NCBI GenBank assembly: GCA_030141605.1 | Contig: JAQGDQ010000229.1 | Location: forward strand, 248,001-312,000 | Reading direction: 5' to 3' | DNA length: 64,000 nt | Origin: Tubiluchus corallicola | Lineage: Eukaryota > Animalia > Priapulida | Shown: positions 36,980-51,364 of the stretch, piece after piece | How positions within the stretch are numbered: the stretch's first letter is position 1 | How the letters are laid out: the number at the start of each line of letters is the position of its first letter | Translations under genes and position numbers: made by a program | Notes under the pieces: model-generated | What the model saw: the letters and a program-made list of their open reading frames with translations, nothing else | What the model was told of the DNA's origin: nothing | The model's database searches: none

Positions 36980-37640
36980 CAACCGATTGAACTATTTCGG
37001 TCTCTTTATTCTGAATTACTAGAGCTTTGCATTGCTCAGTAACAAAGTTTAAAGGAAACAAGCCTCTTGGAAGTTTGGCTTATTTCAATGTTTGCGAAAA
37101 ATGTTATAAAGATTTAGTAATAAAAGCGTGATAAGCGTCTTTTGTAATTAATAAAATCACTTTGAAGTCAACGATCATTTCACGCTTGCGAAGAAATTTC
37201 AGAATTTCTTCTAGACAAAACAGTGGTTTTAAAACTTACAAAAGTAAAACGATTGAAGATGAAGAATACACTGCTACTGTTTGTGAATTAAGAAAAGCGG
37301 TGAGACAAAAATACAATCTAAATTTAAGAAATTTTCTGGAGTTTCGTGATATCGATCCTTTAACCTGCGAAAAATTCTTAAGCGACATTTTTAATTTATT
37401 TTTGTAAGTGACAGTTAAGTTAACTAAGATCTTGTCATAAAATTATTATCTGGTGGTTGAAATGTTATTAAAATTTTGTTACATAAATGTTAAATTTTTA
37501 CTGCCATTGCTATGTATATTTGTTTTATACTTTAGCAAAATTTGCAAACTGATACTTGTGCTGTTTGAAATATTGCGCGTTGCAAGTATCCTTTTTGTAA
37601 TTGTACATGTAATCTTGTTAGGTCTTAATGACAATAAATA

Positions 37641-37650
<10 letters not shown>
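36980..37650 (+). mobile_element. Possible LINE 3' remnant ending in AATAAA plus (TAC)n tail
   Basis: STIISRLR and ...KFLSDIFNLF resemble an I/Nimb-type ORF2 C-terminus; aataaata directly precedes the microsatellite. Confidence 0.4.
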
Positions 37651-37808
<158 letters not shown>

Positions 37809-38413
37809 GTGAAAATAAACGTATACGATAAAATGGCTAAAATACTAAACTTTATTAACCCCTTCACTAACTAAGTGACTAAGTCTCAGGCCTTCAGTCA
37901 ACTTTAAATATAGAAACTTTCTTTACACAAAGCAAGTGGCTCGTTCTTACAATCATTCCCACTCTTCTAAAACTGGCTATTTTGCTGGTGTGTCGTTGAA
38001 TATGGTTTTCAGAAGGGAATCGATCGATTTGAAATGCAGTCCTTATAATCGCAATGACACAAGTTCGCTTCGTGACTTACTGACTGAAATAAGGATAAAC
38101 TTTCTATGCCTGCATCAAGAGTTGAAGTATTTGAAAATATTTGCAGACGAAAGTATATAGAAGCTGGCAAAGTGTTTGCTCTCATGATGTCATTAAGCAA
38201 AATCCGATAAAACTTCGTACCTAGCTTCTGATACAGAATAACTGAAATTTTTATAAAAACGAAGTCATACTTTACTGACTCAAAATCTTAGACTGCTTGC
38301 ACGCAAAGGCATTGTTATCCTGCCCATACTGTTTAGTAATGTTCTGGTGACTTCATGTGAGCAGTTGAAACTTTTGTGAAACTGTATGAATCGCTAAAGT
38401 CCCCCGCGTGGAA

Positions 38414-38545
38414 GTCGTTAAAAATTGTGTGATCCCGGGTGAGATCATTGAAAATTATGTGATCCTGTTTAAGGTCATTGAAAATTGTGTGATCCCGTCT
38501 TAGGTCATTGAACATTGTGTGATCCTGTGTGGGGTCATTGAAAAA
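38414..38545. repeat. 30-bp minisatellite, about 4.4 copies
   Basis: gtcattgaaaattgtgtgatcc plus ~8 variable nt per unit. Confidence 0.9.
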
Positions 38546-39927
38546 GTTATATGACATCGACAAATCCGTTGAAACCAGCATAAAGCTAACGAAAATTACG
38601 TTATTTAACGAAAATTAATTGTTTAAATCTCTTGAAGCCAGCGAAAGCGTGGATGGAGCTTTGTTGTAACTTTGCACAATCATTTGGCAGTCATCATCTT
38701 GCAGATTTTTGTTTAAGAAGGAAAAAAGAAAGCTGTAATAACGATAATCGCTACGTGGACATAGCCCGTTGAGAAAGCATACAAAAGTTGCCTGGCACAT
38801 GCGGCACTAAAGTGTGCGTCGTAAATGAGGGAGAAGCGAAGTCAGCCAGTTACTGAAATAGATCATGCACGAAATAACCTTTTTACGACAGACTCTTGAT
38901 GTTTTTCTGTTTGAAATGACGTTTTTTCATTTTTATCGTATTTGACCTAGTTTTGTTATGTTTACAGCCAAACCCGAAGCGTAAACAGGAACGTTACAGA
39001 TGGCTGCTGCTAGCAACTGCGTTTGCCTCACATAGGAGCCGTCACATAGGGGTGACACACCTAGGAATTACACACACAACATTAAAACTTTATCGTGAAG
39101 CCGCTGTCTTGCTATTCCAGATGCCACCTTCATTCCAGCCTTTTAGCCCTTTTCTTCATCTTTATCAAAAGCACAGAAAGTCAATTGGCGTTAAAATCCC
39201 ATATTTTCCAGCTAAGGTCGTAATCAGACAGAACTTCGATTCCCAAACCAATTTTTCAAGGAGACCACTAGGCTTCGAGAAAAGTGCTAAGTTAACCGAC
39301 CTTGTTAGACACGGTTAAGGTTTCTCTCATGACCACAAGAATTTATTTCCAGATAACCCTTAGTGGTCAATGGTCACATAACAAATTTCCCCATCATCAA
39401 CAGGTCACTACTTATAAAAATGTCTCACAGTGGTATATAATACAGTTTTTTCTGATTTCAACAAAGATTGAATTGAAAGTTTTGGTGGAATTTGTGCTTA
39501 AAATGAAGCCATATGAAGCCATTGAAGTCCATCATATCCCATTGTTAATATTTTAGGGTTAAGCATTGCCTGTAACTGATAACCCCTGGTGATTTATTAC
39601 GGAAAACTGTGTGCAAAGAATTTACAATGTGTTCAGTGGCTGTTTTAGCTCAATTACAGAAATTGCCTGGCGAGTTTTTGTCGACCGCAATGTCGGTTCG
39701 TTCTTTGTCACCCCATTTAGTTCTCGCTTGACGCTGTTTGTGCAACGATTGTCAAGTTTAATTCTGTCTGAATGTAAATTTGAAACAGCGTCGACGGGCA
39801 CTGAAACCACGCAGACAGTTTGAAGCAAGAACTGACGAAATTGAAACGACTTAGCCCACATGCATATAAGTAGTAAACACTTAATTAAAAAATTTTAATT
39901 ACAGACATCTTTTCCCCAATTCTTTTG

Positions 39928-40322
<395 letters not shown>

Positions 40323-40897
40323 TTCTCCCTGTTTCCCATCTCTTTTTCTACCACCTTCCTTGTATTTCTACATTCCTCAATCATTTTTTTCTACCCAATC
40401 ATTCTCTTTCCCTCTTTCTTTTCTTAAGCTCCTTCGCTCTTAATACATGTTCACCTTAGCAGGAAAAAAATCCATGCTATTACCAGTACTTAACTAGAAA
40501 TCAGCTTGGAGAATTCAGGTTTTATTTGGTCGCTCCTAGTTTCTATGGCCACAAATCTGCCATCCTTTTCAAGTCAATCTCTTAAATGCTCTTAACAAAC
40601 ATAGCCGCGCTAATTGATAAAGTACACGCGGTAAAAGGACAGTTCTGCACTCACGACTACGCGGAATAAAGAATGTTTCAACATGCAGTTGTTTTAACTC
40701 TCTCACTATTAATTTATAAAGGCACACTCTTGTTTTCTTTTTATGGTCTCTCTTTGTTTTAAAAAAATTAATAAAAATTAATAGCAATTACAACAAGTAG
40801 CAGATGACAAATGGGTGGTCGAGCCTATTTTAGCTGGAAATCTTAGCTGCATCAATCTTGGCTTCATAAAGTGGCGTTTACCTTGTATCCGGAACGC

Positions 40898-41179
<282 letters not shown>

Positions 41180-42639
41180 CATTTTATTCTTAATTTCAGC
41201 TCGTAGATATAGTCTTAAGCCATGAAAATACAATAATTACTAAAAAACTAATTATAAAAAATAAACTCACATTTTACATGAATTGATAAATAAGAAAAGA
41301 AAGTAGCTAAAATATTTACGTAAATGGCATGCATTAAAATTACATTCGAATACATTATGTATTGTTATGCGTTATCCACCTGCCAAATAGCTGCATATAA
41401 AAAATTAATAAGAAATAGCTGTAGAAAAAGTAACGCACAACGCAGGTCTGATAAACGGGTGCATTGAAAACAACATAAACCGATTTTATCTATTCCGCAT
41501 CCACATAACGCATACGCATTCCGGGTGCTATGTAAAATACTGCAGCTATTTATGTCGAAGCACAACGCTCTTTCCTGAGTTTAACCATGCATCGGTTTTA
41601 GACCTTAGGGTCAACATGGCAACAAAAGAAAACGACGAAAAATTTGAATTATTAATTCAAACAAATATGAATTACTGAGCATAAGAGTTTACCACAAGAT
41701 GAACTATATTCATATGGTGAACTATAGATGAACATAATATTATATAAGATGTAGGTTATTGGCCGCTTACTTGCCAAGAAAATTGAAAATTAAATTAGTT
41801 AGAGACCTTTGAAGACCTTATACGAAGATATTTTGCCTCAGTTGTTTGTATGATTAGCTTGGGAATTTAGCGGCATCTAAAAAAATCACATGATGGAAGA
41901 AAATTGAATTCTACGACATAAAAGGTGCAAGTTGCGTGTGTAAGAACTTTATGTATTCCGGTTGACATAAGACAACATAATAATTTCCATTTTTCGTTTA
42001 TTTGTTACACTGTACTGTAACATTTATTTGAGTAATTTGTGGAAGAGGGTTTATTTTATTTTTTTACGTTTGTAACACTTTCGAATTTACATACAAATTT
42101 ATTATCAACTTATCTGAAAATCCTATCTACGTAAATTTGAATTAATAACTTAAATAAGTTTGCTGGTTCTTATGAATGTAACCAAAAGAAATGAACATCG
42201 GTTTAAGATAACAAAAAGTGAGTTGCGTATGTTTCATTTTTAAGCAAAACAAATAACCAAATGGGCGATTAAACAGTTAAAGAAATGAACTACTGAGCTG
42301 CTAAATAAATGAACGATGAACATCTAGAATAAGCGAATGAATGAACAAACATATCAAACTTAATCACACAACAGCAGCTTCCGCTATGCAGAAAGGCTGA
42401 TTCTAAATCTAGCCATAGCCAACAAAACTGTGAAGGATACAAAGCAAAGGAATTGACAGGCCGCACAGTGCAATGGAGTTTTTCAAGTGCAAATTTTTAT
42501 GTAAGATAGATTCTATTTCACTATGCGTTTTTTGAAGTTTCTTGTGCGCGTAGTACAAGCAGTTTGTACACATATAATAACACATAAATGAAGAACCTTA
42601 AGGTTTGCTAAGCATTTTGTGAATAGCAATAAAACGTAC

Positions 42640-42666
42640 CTCGTCTTCATCAATAAGATTCTCAAA
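42640..42666 (-). CDS. AP1AR: AP1AR-like 27-nt microexon (FENLIDEDE)
   Basis: tttgttttttctttcag/gtacgt; peptide matches vertebrate AP1AR FENLVESDE; phase 0 to 0. Confidence 0.8.
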
Positions 42667-43051
42667 CTGAAAGAAAAAACAAAGGCATTTTATTACCAAA
42701 TAAATAAACAAAAAACTGAATGTGATAATAATTTAATCAAGTTCGTTATATATTGGCAGTTTAGTAGGGTTTGCTAAGCACATATTCAGTGATCAGGCCT
42801 GCTCAGTCTTCTCTTATTGAAATGGTTTACTTAGCACGTTTTCACTCAACTATTTTACAGCACATTCAGGCTAAATTTGATGATTTGGGATATGCTCAAC
42901 GTGGTAGTGCGATATGCGCCCATACGTTTAATCCAGAATATTCACATTGGGTTGTGCATACACACCGTGGCAGTTTACACACACTGAAACGGTGTACTCA
43001 TCATATTTACACTTACAGAATGCATTCACGTCGAGATAGTGTATTCAACAT

Positions 43052-43197
43052 ATTTGACTTATAAGCGTTGTAAGTATGTTTACACTTAAGCATACATTCG
43101 CACTGAAATGGTGTACATACTTGACTTACAAGCGTGTAAGTATGTTTATACTTAAACATAAATTCACCGTGAAGTGGTGTACATACTTGACTTACAC
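43052..43197. repeat. ~67-bp tandem repeat, just over 2 copies
   Basis: ttgacttayaagcg..taagtatgttta..cttaa..cata.attc...tgaa.tggtgtacatac is repeated. Confidence 0.8.
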
Positions 43198-46100
43198 CTG
43201 TACTGTCAAGACATTAAAATAGTTAACACATTTCCAGTGTAGCTTACTCACTACACTCATGGTTCATTTGGATTTTCACACTGAGACAGCCTGTTCAAAA
43301 TGTTTGCAATGATGGTTGTTTAGCGCATTTGATCTTGGTTAATTAACTCGGCATGTTTACATTGAAAAGGTTTACTCAGTGTTTTGTTCGTCCAGTAGCA
43401 CTGAGCCAACTGAGCCAACATGGTGTTCTTACTAGAGCAATTGGGCCTGATCATTTCGGCTAATAATGCACGTTTTAAATTGCTCCTAAAATTTGATTTA
43501 TAGGCATTCCACACAAACAAAAAGGGTCTAAAGTTTAGATTAGACTTACAGAGACGTCGCAATGACAATAGTTATAAAAAACTTGTCGACGTATTACAGT
43601 ATGCATACATTCGCCGATATGAGGGTTTAAAACTGCAAAAGTTGTATTCTGTATGTCGTGAACGCCTATTTTCCCAGTTTCCGTCGTTCTTACATTGCAG
43701 TCACAAAAACTCCATCCTCACTTAGGTGGTACGCCTTTTTTCTTTGGATACGTGAATAAATTTTTGCTTAATGACTAAATGGCTATATTTCGGCACAAAC
43801 TCACGCAGTATTTGCTCATCTAGAATGTATGCTTTCTGCCTGCAGAAGTTAATCTGAAAAAAATTGCTGCGGTCTTTGTGGGCTGTGCGAGGAAGTCATC
43901 GATTTCTTGTACATTTCCCGAAGCAAATTAACGCATTTTTGTCCATTTGTAAATCCACAGATGACGCATCAAAACACTCTTCCCAAAATGCTTTCAAGAT
44001 TGCGAGTCGAACTAGAAATGAAAGAAACCAAATAGCTCTAGGCGCACATTTTCCAGAAGCCATGATATAATATTGCTCCAACAATTTTACGGGGTATAGT
44101 TCTATAGTACTATATAACGTTGGGATATTTTTGCCTAGACTGTCGATTCAAACGTTCTGATTAACATTCATCACGATGATTCTTGTTCATTTAACGTGTC
44201 CAGACAGCTGAAAATTGTATTAACTAATTATTTTCAAGACCGTAACGAAATCATAAAATCACAATCCTTTCCTACAACTAAGATGTACGTAAAATTACTC
44301 AAATTTAAGAATTCCAAATCTGTGACTCCATTTACTTTCAAATTTTTGCAACCGACAAACGCATCTAAAAGGCACCATTGTGCCAAATTTTTCCCCGGCA
44401 AGCCATAATCAAAAGCGTGGTAAGCTTATTGTTGATAAGGTTGAAAGTGAAAAACAAGTTAATTAATATAATTTTAACACGGATTTTGCACGCAGCATCA
44501 ATTAGTTTATTAATCATGTACACAATTATTATACACCCAATGACTGGTGCCTTCTGCTAAACTAATGAAATTAACTTTTACAAGACTATGATGATGATGA
44601 TGATGACGGCCATGATGATGATTACAATCTCAAAACTCAAGAGGTGCACTCCATTACTGCCCTCTTGTGAGAACAAAGCGCAGCCACAATAGTCCAGCAG
44701 CTTCAAACAGACAATAACGAGCTCCCATTTTGCATTACCGTAATAATTATAACGTTATCGACAAGTAGTGATCGCTTTAAAACACAATTTAATTATTATA
44801 TCCATGTGGTGTGTAGAAGGGAAGGTGGCTGGATGGGTGAACCACTTCGATTCCCGTTCTGGTTTCATTTGCCACGAATACGGTCGTTTACCTCGTTCAG
44901 GGAAGACGTATACACAATTAATCATGGTTGAAATACCTCTGCCAGTTCAGTGGCTCATCCTAAAGGCATTCACAACCACTTAGGTCCCAGTCCTTCCACG
45001 ATTATACAAACTGAGTAGGACGTGAATCCTGGATTCCGGCTTGCAGGATTCCGAATTTGAACAAAAAGATGTAGGAGGCTGTTATGATTTTTGTTAACTG
45101 CATCCGGGCTCATCCTGAGAAGTGAGCTAAACTTAACAGTATAACGACGGCGAACTGTTATTTATTTTCATTGTAATGGTTCTGTTCGTTACGAAGCCAT
45201 TGTACCACTCTATTGTCTATAAATACATTGGGAGGTAATGATTTCGTGGTCTAGTACGCACTTTTTACTATCTCTGCACCTGTTCCACTGGCATGTAGGA
45301 CGCAAGAAGAGCAACCTGGCAGTTCATATTAAATTTTGCTGTGTCTGCAGGTTTTTCTGTCGATTTTCCGTATAATCTCGCTGACCAAGTGAATGAAATG
45401 AGCTCCACCCGGTTTCGTTTATATTAATAGCTTTCTTTCTCGAAAATCAACAGCCAAATTTAGAAGAAGGAACATTTGCGACTCAACCAACTATTCTAAC
45501 CCTAAACATTTGAGCTATCAATCAACATGGCCAAGGTAAATTTTCTACACATTTTGGAACAAAACCATCCTCCCATCCCTGACTTATTAGTGAAAATCAT
45601 TAAAATATTTTAGACACGCTAACATGCGCAGCATAATGGTCGACATGTGGACAGAATCTGACGTCATTATATTTTTAGCACAATTTAATTACAAAGCATT
45701 CGACTTATGGACAAAGTGTGCCTATATTTCTTGCATATCACTGTGCTGAATTTAAACATGGCAGAGTTGTTGGTTTATTGTAAAACCATAATTAGTGTTA
45801 TTTTCGAGGATTTTCCTTGTGATTTGTGGTTTCTATGAAAAGATTTACAATAGTCACTTTATAGCTTTTCTGGTTTATTGTTTTGTGTTGTTGTAACTCC
45901 ATTAGAAAAGATAGCTCCTAGTGGTCCTAATTTGTGGAAAATCAAAATAAGTACTGACCATCGTGGCATGCAACACCTAATAAAGTACATGAGCATAATC
46001 ACCTTCAAAAAATAAATTGCTAATCAAATAAACAATGTGGTACGTACATTTTGTGAACGTAGGTGTTTTGTCTACCGTATGATTCGCTCAAATGTATAGT

Positions 46101-47699
46101 TATCTAAATTTTCCTAGAATTACTTAAACATATTTTGACAATTTGACAATTTGACAAGAGTTTAGTTCGGCTCATTCACTTCATATCGCAAAATTGTTAT
46201 ATTTGTTAAAAAGAATGCATGGAACACCCATATTACCTACAAGCGAGAATAAATATACTTTCCTGTTTCGATGAAATCATATAAAGTATAGAAATGCATT
46301 TAACAAAGGTATTCTCGTTTGCTTGATAAAATTATTTCCATCATCTATCTTTCGTTTTCAGTTTCTCTTAATGAGGGGCTTTTACAATATAAATGATGAG
46401 CTTAGGTGATAGGCAGTGCCTTCATAACAGGATTTAATGGTAAATGTGAATGGATCATCGCGCCTGATTGCAAATCTTTCTGGAAGCTTTATGGTGGCGA
46501 AATTGAAGGTAATAACTTCCTTTTGAGTCGTGCGAGTTTTGACACAAGGATTTTGCGAAAATCGCATTTAATTGGAAAAGCTTTGAGGACTTATCCCGGA
46601 CAATAGCGGGATAATCAAAATTCCCAGACTAAAATAGTTCGCTTCTTTAGTTTGAGGCAAGTGTCCTCTAACCCTGTGTATTTCGTCTGTTAAAGAATTT
46701 TCGCCAAACTTCAATCTTCTGATTCAAATTAATTTTCTGTTTTGCTTTCTTTCTTGTTTCACTTCTTCTTCCTTCTCTTCTCCTTTTTAGGCTCAGCAGT
46801 TGACCAGGCCTACAATCATTTCTCGTTTTCGCATTTTAATTGTTTATTCTTCGTTGTTTCTTTCTTAATTTTATTTCTTAATTTTTATCATTCTTTCCTT
46901 TATTTCATATTTTCTTTTTACGTTCCTTCCTTCCTTCTTATTTGTTCCCTTTCTTCTTTCCATATGTGTTTCTCGGTTTCTTCGTTGCTTCCTTCGCTTT
47001 TTATTTCTTATTTTTTTATTTCTTTCTATCTTGGCTTCTTTTGTTTGTTCTTTCTTTCCTTTTTCTTAACTGCTTCTCTCATCTTTTCTTTCTTTCGATC
47101 TAGGGTTTAGGTCTCAGTTACTAATTTTTCTTATTCATTTCTACTATAACAAAAGGTAATAGTTGTGATCTTGTGCGGAATAGTTCGAGAGATTGCAAGT
47201 TATTATTCTCTTGAATGATGTTTTATCTCATTTGTTACACGAGCAGGTGAAATGCAGTACCCGCTATAGAAGCAAAGACCCTCTGGCTCAGTTTAACTTA
47301 TCACGGAAATTTCGGTTTGTATTTATTCTCAAAACTCATCGACTAGAAAACCTGCAAATAAGCAAGCAGTTTTACAGACATTTAGGTGTTGGATGCATGC
47401 CAAACAAATTTCCATGACATTATTTTGGCAATTTCAATCTGCTTAACTCCCGTCGAAACGAAAAAGCTCTACCACAAATGCGCCGCCGTGTTATTACTGA
47501 GTGTTTTAAACTGCCAATTCAGTAAAAAATTATTCCAAAGCTTGTAGACAAAGCGTTTGTTATAGTAACAGGTATTTTTAAAAAAAGTTTTTTCTAAAGC
47601 AAGTGATGTAAGTGCGAATCGCCCAATCATACTCCGCCCCTGCAATTTGAGGATTCCAGCTTATTCGACCTATACGTTAGGGCTAAAAATATAGATAAT

Positions 47700-48412
47700 A
47701 AAACATTTTAACCTGCTTTTTGATCCTGTGAGGGACCTGGGAGTAGCTGTAGACTTTGCTTTAAACAATTTCTATTGTTCTAAAGTTCAGTTTATCCTCA
47801 GCAATGATGAGAAATCTGTCAGGTTTCCCCTTAGTTTCCAACACCCAATGTAATATTTGTGGCGTGAATGGACTCTGAGCACATCATCAAACAGATATCT
47901 CCAAAATGATCCACTGAACCAGCAGAGACGTCTCAACTGCGTTAACCCTCCCTCAACGAGGTTTGATGGTTTGATGCGCTAGTGTCTAATGTTCCACAGT
48001 TAATCATTAGCAAGGTTTTTACCAATCTTACCAATGAGAAAAATGTATAGTAAAAATTTCTTTTTGGACACATATTCGCTCGTTTGTAACGTCAGTATCA
48101 TGCGTGTGAACTATACTTTTGAAATATGATTGTGTATGTAATCATTTTTTTAGGTTAGCTATGTTGTTGTAATATACCATGACTGTTGAACTAACATGTT
48201 TTTTCTTTGTGTTGATAACGCCATGGCCATTTCATTGTTATCATCTACATTAACTAGCACTGTAATTAGGTCACTTTACAATGGGTGGCCTGTACGTTAT
48301 GCAGTGGTCTTTTCATCTTGTACAGGTTTCCCTTGCTAATTTATTGTGTTGTATATTTCTTATTATTGTGTTAATTTGTTATGGTTAAAATAAATGTCGA
48401 ATATCAATATCA
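47700..48412 (+). mobile_element. Degraded CR1/L2-type LINE remnant
   Basis: DPVRDLGVAVDFALN from 47722 matches the VKDLGVxxDxxLxF motif after LINE RT; ends with aataaa and (aatatc)2. Confidence 0.5.
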
Positions 48413-48947
48413 AGGAAGTGAGCAGCCCGAAACAGTACGGCGAAGTGAAATGAACAGTACAGTACAGTTAAGCCCCTGGAGCGAGTGTCGAACCTAAGCG
48501 GTCAAGCGCTTCTCATTTCTGAAGCATGCGCGCGTAATAAACTCTGCATGAAAATGTGAAACCTTGCATTAAAGAAACCACAAGCCACGAATGACGTAAT
48601 GTTTCTAACAACTCTGCCATGTCAAATAAGACGTAATTATTGCTCAAAACGAATTCATGCATTTTGCAAAAAGTTATTGATTAGTGGATAACGGAACGTG
48701 TTAAACTCTCACGCTATCTCGCAGAAATCTTTATCGCAATGCAGTCACGAAAGGTTGGCGTTCTAATCCGGGAATCGACTAATCCACTTTAGTTAGCATG
48801 CACGTAACAATACTTGTGCACACGGGTAAAATTCGGGAGGGGGGGGGGAGAAGTACAGGAAAAAGTAGGTGGCCAAAAGTATTTTTTTCGGAGCGAAAAA
48901 TATTTGCCAACCGCAGTTAGAGTCACCGTAAAAGTGGTGGTGGTCGT

Positions 48948-49075
48948 GCTAGTATCTGCAACCTCATTGCTAGAACCCACAACCTCAGTGCTAGTACTCG
49001 CAACCTCAGTGCTAGTACCCGCAACCTCAGCACTAGTAAACGCAACCTCAGTACTAGTGTGCTAGTACCTGCAAC
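48948..49075. repeat. 21-bp minisatellite, about 5-6 copies
   Basis: Units of gctagtacccgcaacctcagt. Confidence 0.9.
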
Positions 49076-49460
49076 TATGTTTGTCTATGTAATAGTTCAG
49101 TTGACCGTAGGTTCATCCGTGAACCATAGCCCTAGGGCATTCGAGACAAAAATTTTGATTAAAATTTATGCAAACTTAACTGTGAACTAAGCTATTTTTA
49201 ATGATGAAAATAAAAAACAATGTTCCCTTTAATTGCTGTTCCTTTTTTTGAAGTTATTTCAAGCTTTACAACAACAGAAAAGTATGTACTTGAAAACTTC
49301 TAAAATTCGCTGACTTTCTTTATTGAAAACGCTACAGAAATTGTTTGTAAAAAGTGTAAAAGAGCTTCTAGCCAAACTTTGTTTTCAATTACTAAAACAT
49401 AAAGTGTTTGTTTTATTTTCAGCTTAGAACAGCTTTTACGTGGTCAGAGTTAGAGGTGGG

Positions 49461-49893
49461 TACAGGGTGTCTAAATAAACTTCATATCAGGCGTATGTGA
49501 ATAAAAGGCAGAGACATCTTTTATCGACTGTAAAATATCACTTTAATTGAACCCTTTTGGCATTTTTGCTATCTTCAGAAATATAGTTGGACTATATCCA
49601 AAGAAATTAGAAATTTAGTCAAAATAAAGTACAATTATAAATTAGGGCATGAAATAAGGTGGTTTGTGAAGTAAAATAATTACTGAAACATAAACAAATA
49701 ATTATCTGTAAAAAAGACGACCAAAAATAAAGACTTGGACTTCTATTGTCTCATTTTAGTTTGTTTTAGTTCGACTATATTTTTGAAGTTGGCAGTAATG
49801 CCAGCAGGCCTCAAATAAAGTGAAACTATACAGTCAGTAAGGTGAGTCATTGCCTTTAGCGCCACTAAAACAGATTACTGCTTTGAATTCACT
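49461..49893. mobile_element. Degraded foldback MITE, possibly Tc1/mariner-derived
   Basis: 49503-49620 and 49738-49857 are imperfect reverse complements; left end TACAGGGTGTC is mariner-like. Confidence 0.65.
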
Positions 49894-51321
49894 GGGTGAA
49901 AATTATTAGTTAGAGGGTAGAGCAGACTGAATGACTTTTTTGGAACGCCTAATTTTTTCAGTATTTTGAGATGATATACGAATCAAACACAAATAACGTA
50001 GAGAAACGCAGCGCGCTCCAATTACGTCACTTTGATTTAAGCATAATTTATGCATGTCGTAATTAGCATAATAATATGAATCGCGATCGCGATCGACAAT
50101 GACAGCAATTAGGCGATGTTTATGGATGTTTTTCAACTACTTAGTGTAAGATTCGACAAAAAGCTGCAGACAATGCAAAGAAATGAATTCAGAAGAACAA
50201 GACTGAATGAATTCAGATCCAAATCCGCGAGCATGACGGCGTTTATCACTTATGCTTCCCACACATATGTCTGACAAGTGCAGTTTAGCCAATGTAAGTG
50301 TAACTAACCAATGGCAGGTACACATTATTACTGGAGCATGTCTAGTCTAGCGCGGTTTACTCATATGAGACTGTGAAGAGTAGTTTCCTCGAATTTTCAC
50401 AGTTTCGGTCCTATCTCGGACACTTAAATATCTCGACATTTCAACTGCACCATTGTCAGGCGCCCTGCTCCAGGTGTCTACACTACCAGTTTCGTGGCTC
50501 CACGTACTATAGTTTCCGAGTTATTCAATGTTAGGACTTGAAATGACCGATGTCCTGTGTCCTTCACCCTTTGACTGAGGTCACCATAACATTGCAGCTG
50601 TTCACCATGAAAGTTTCTTGACCGTAGTACACTCGTTTGCGAGTTAAACAAGTCCAAGAAAATTCGATGCCTAATTTTAGATCCGCGCCGCTCGCGGATT
50701 AAATTTATTTCCGTGCAGAACGAAATCAAAGATTAAGGACAAGCGGGAAACCAGTTACTTAAACGCAAAAATTCGGTTTTAGAAAACAGTACTTACAACT
50801 TCCATAGTTTTCTAATTATTATTATTAATATTTATCATAGAAACTTTTTTGACTAATTTTCCACTTAAAATAAGTCTGAGACAAAAAATTGGCCGGCCAA
50901 ACATAAAAGTCTATAACCTAAAAATAACTAAACTGAAATTGTTAATTACCATTTTAATTAAACGCAGTTGATATATTACTTTAGTGTCGCCTGTATGTCT
51001 GTGAATTCATTCTTTTCTGAATCATTATTTTCACATGTGACAAATGGTGAAAAATTTTATGTTACAAAGTAATAATTATGTATGATTATAAAACATGATT
51101 TTACATTACAAAGTAATAATTTTCATAGTTTTTTTTTGGTTATAATTGGTTTGATAGCCACCGCAATTTTACACGCAGATCCCTGCATTTTGTACGTCGG
51201 CGACACATTTTGATTATACTTGTTGAAAAAACGTATTTATGCATGTTTTTAACACATGTGTAGTAAAAAAGATTTTTACAATCTTTACTTTCGGAAAAAA
51301 TAAAAATTACAAACGCCTTAC

Positions 51322-51364
51322 CTCAAATTCAATGTCATGTTCAGTAAATCGGGTTTTTGAATAC
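51322..51364 (-). CDS. AP1AR: AP1AR-like 43-nt exon (YSKTRFTEHDIEFE)
   Basis: cctcttttgcag/gtaagg; cf. AP1AR YFRTCSRGEHLTIE; phase 2 to 0. Confidence 0.72.

Noticed and set aside
38414-38545. CRISPR-like look (ATTGAAA-containing repeat with variable inserts)
   Set aside because: Variable parts are only ~8 nt, there are no cas genes and the context is a eukaryotic intron
43560-44090. GC-richer stretches (also ~57900-58750) that might be decayed transposase or other coding DNA
   Set aside because: Multiple stops and no recognisable motif in the frames I read
46380-46610. WIIAPDCKSFWKLYGG...NFLLSRASFD resembling an L1/Tx1 ORF2 segment
   Set aside because: Too short and too weak to call without a search
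50080-50093. 14-bp palindrome atcgcgatcgcgat
   Set aside because: Isolated short tandem of atcgcg with no supporting context
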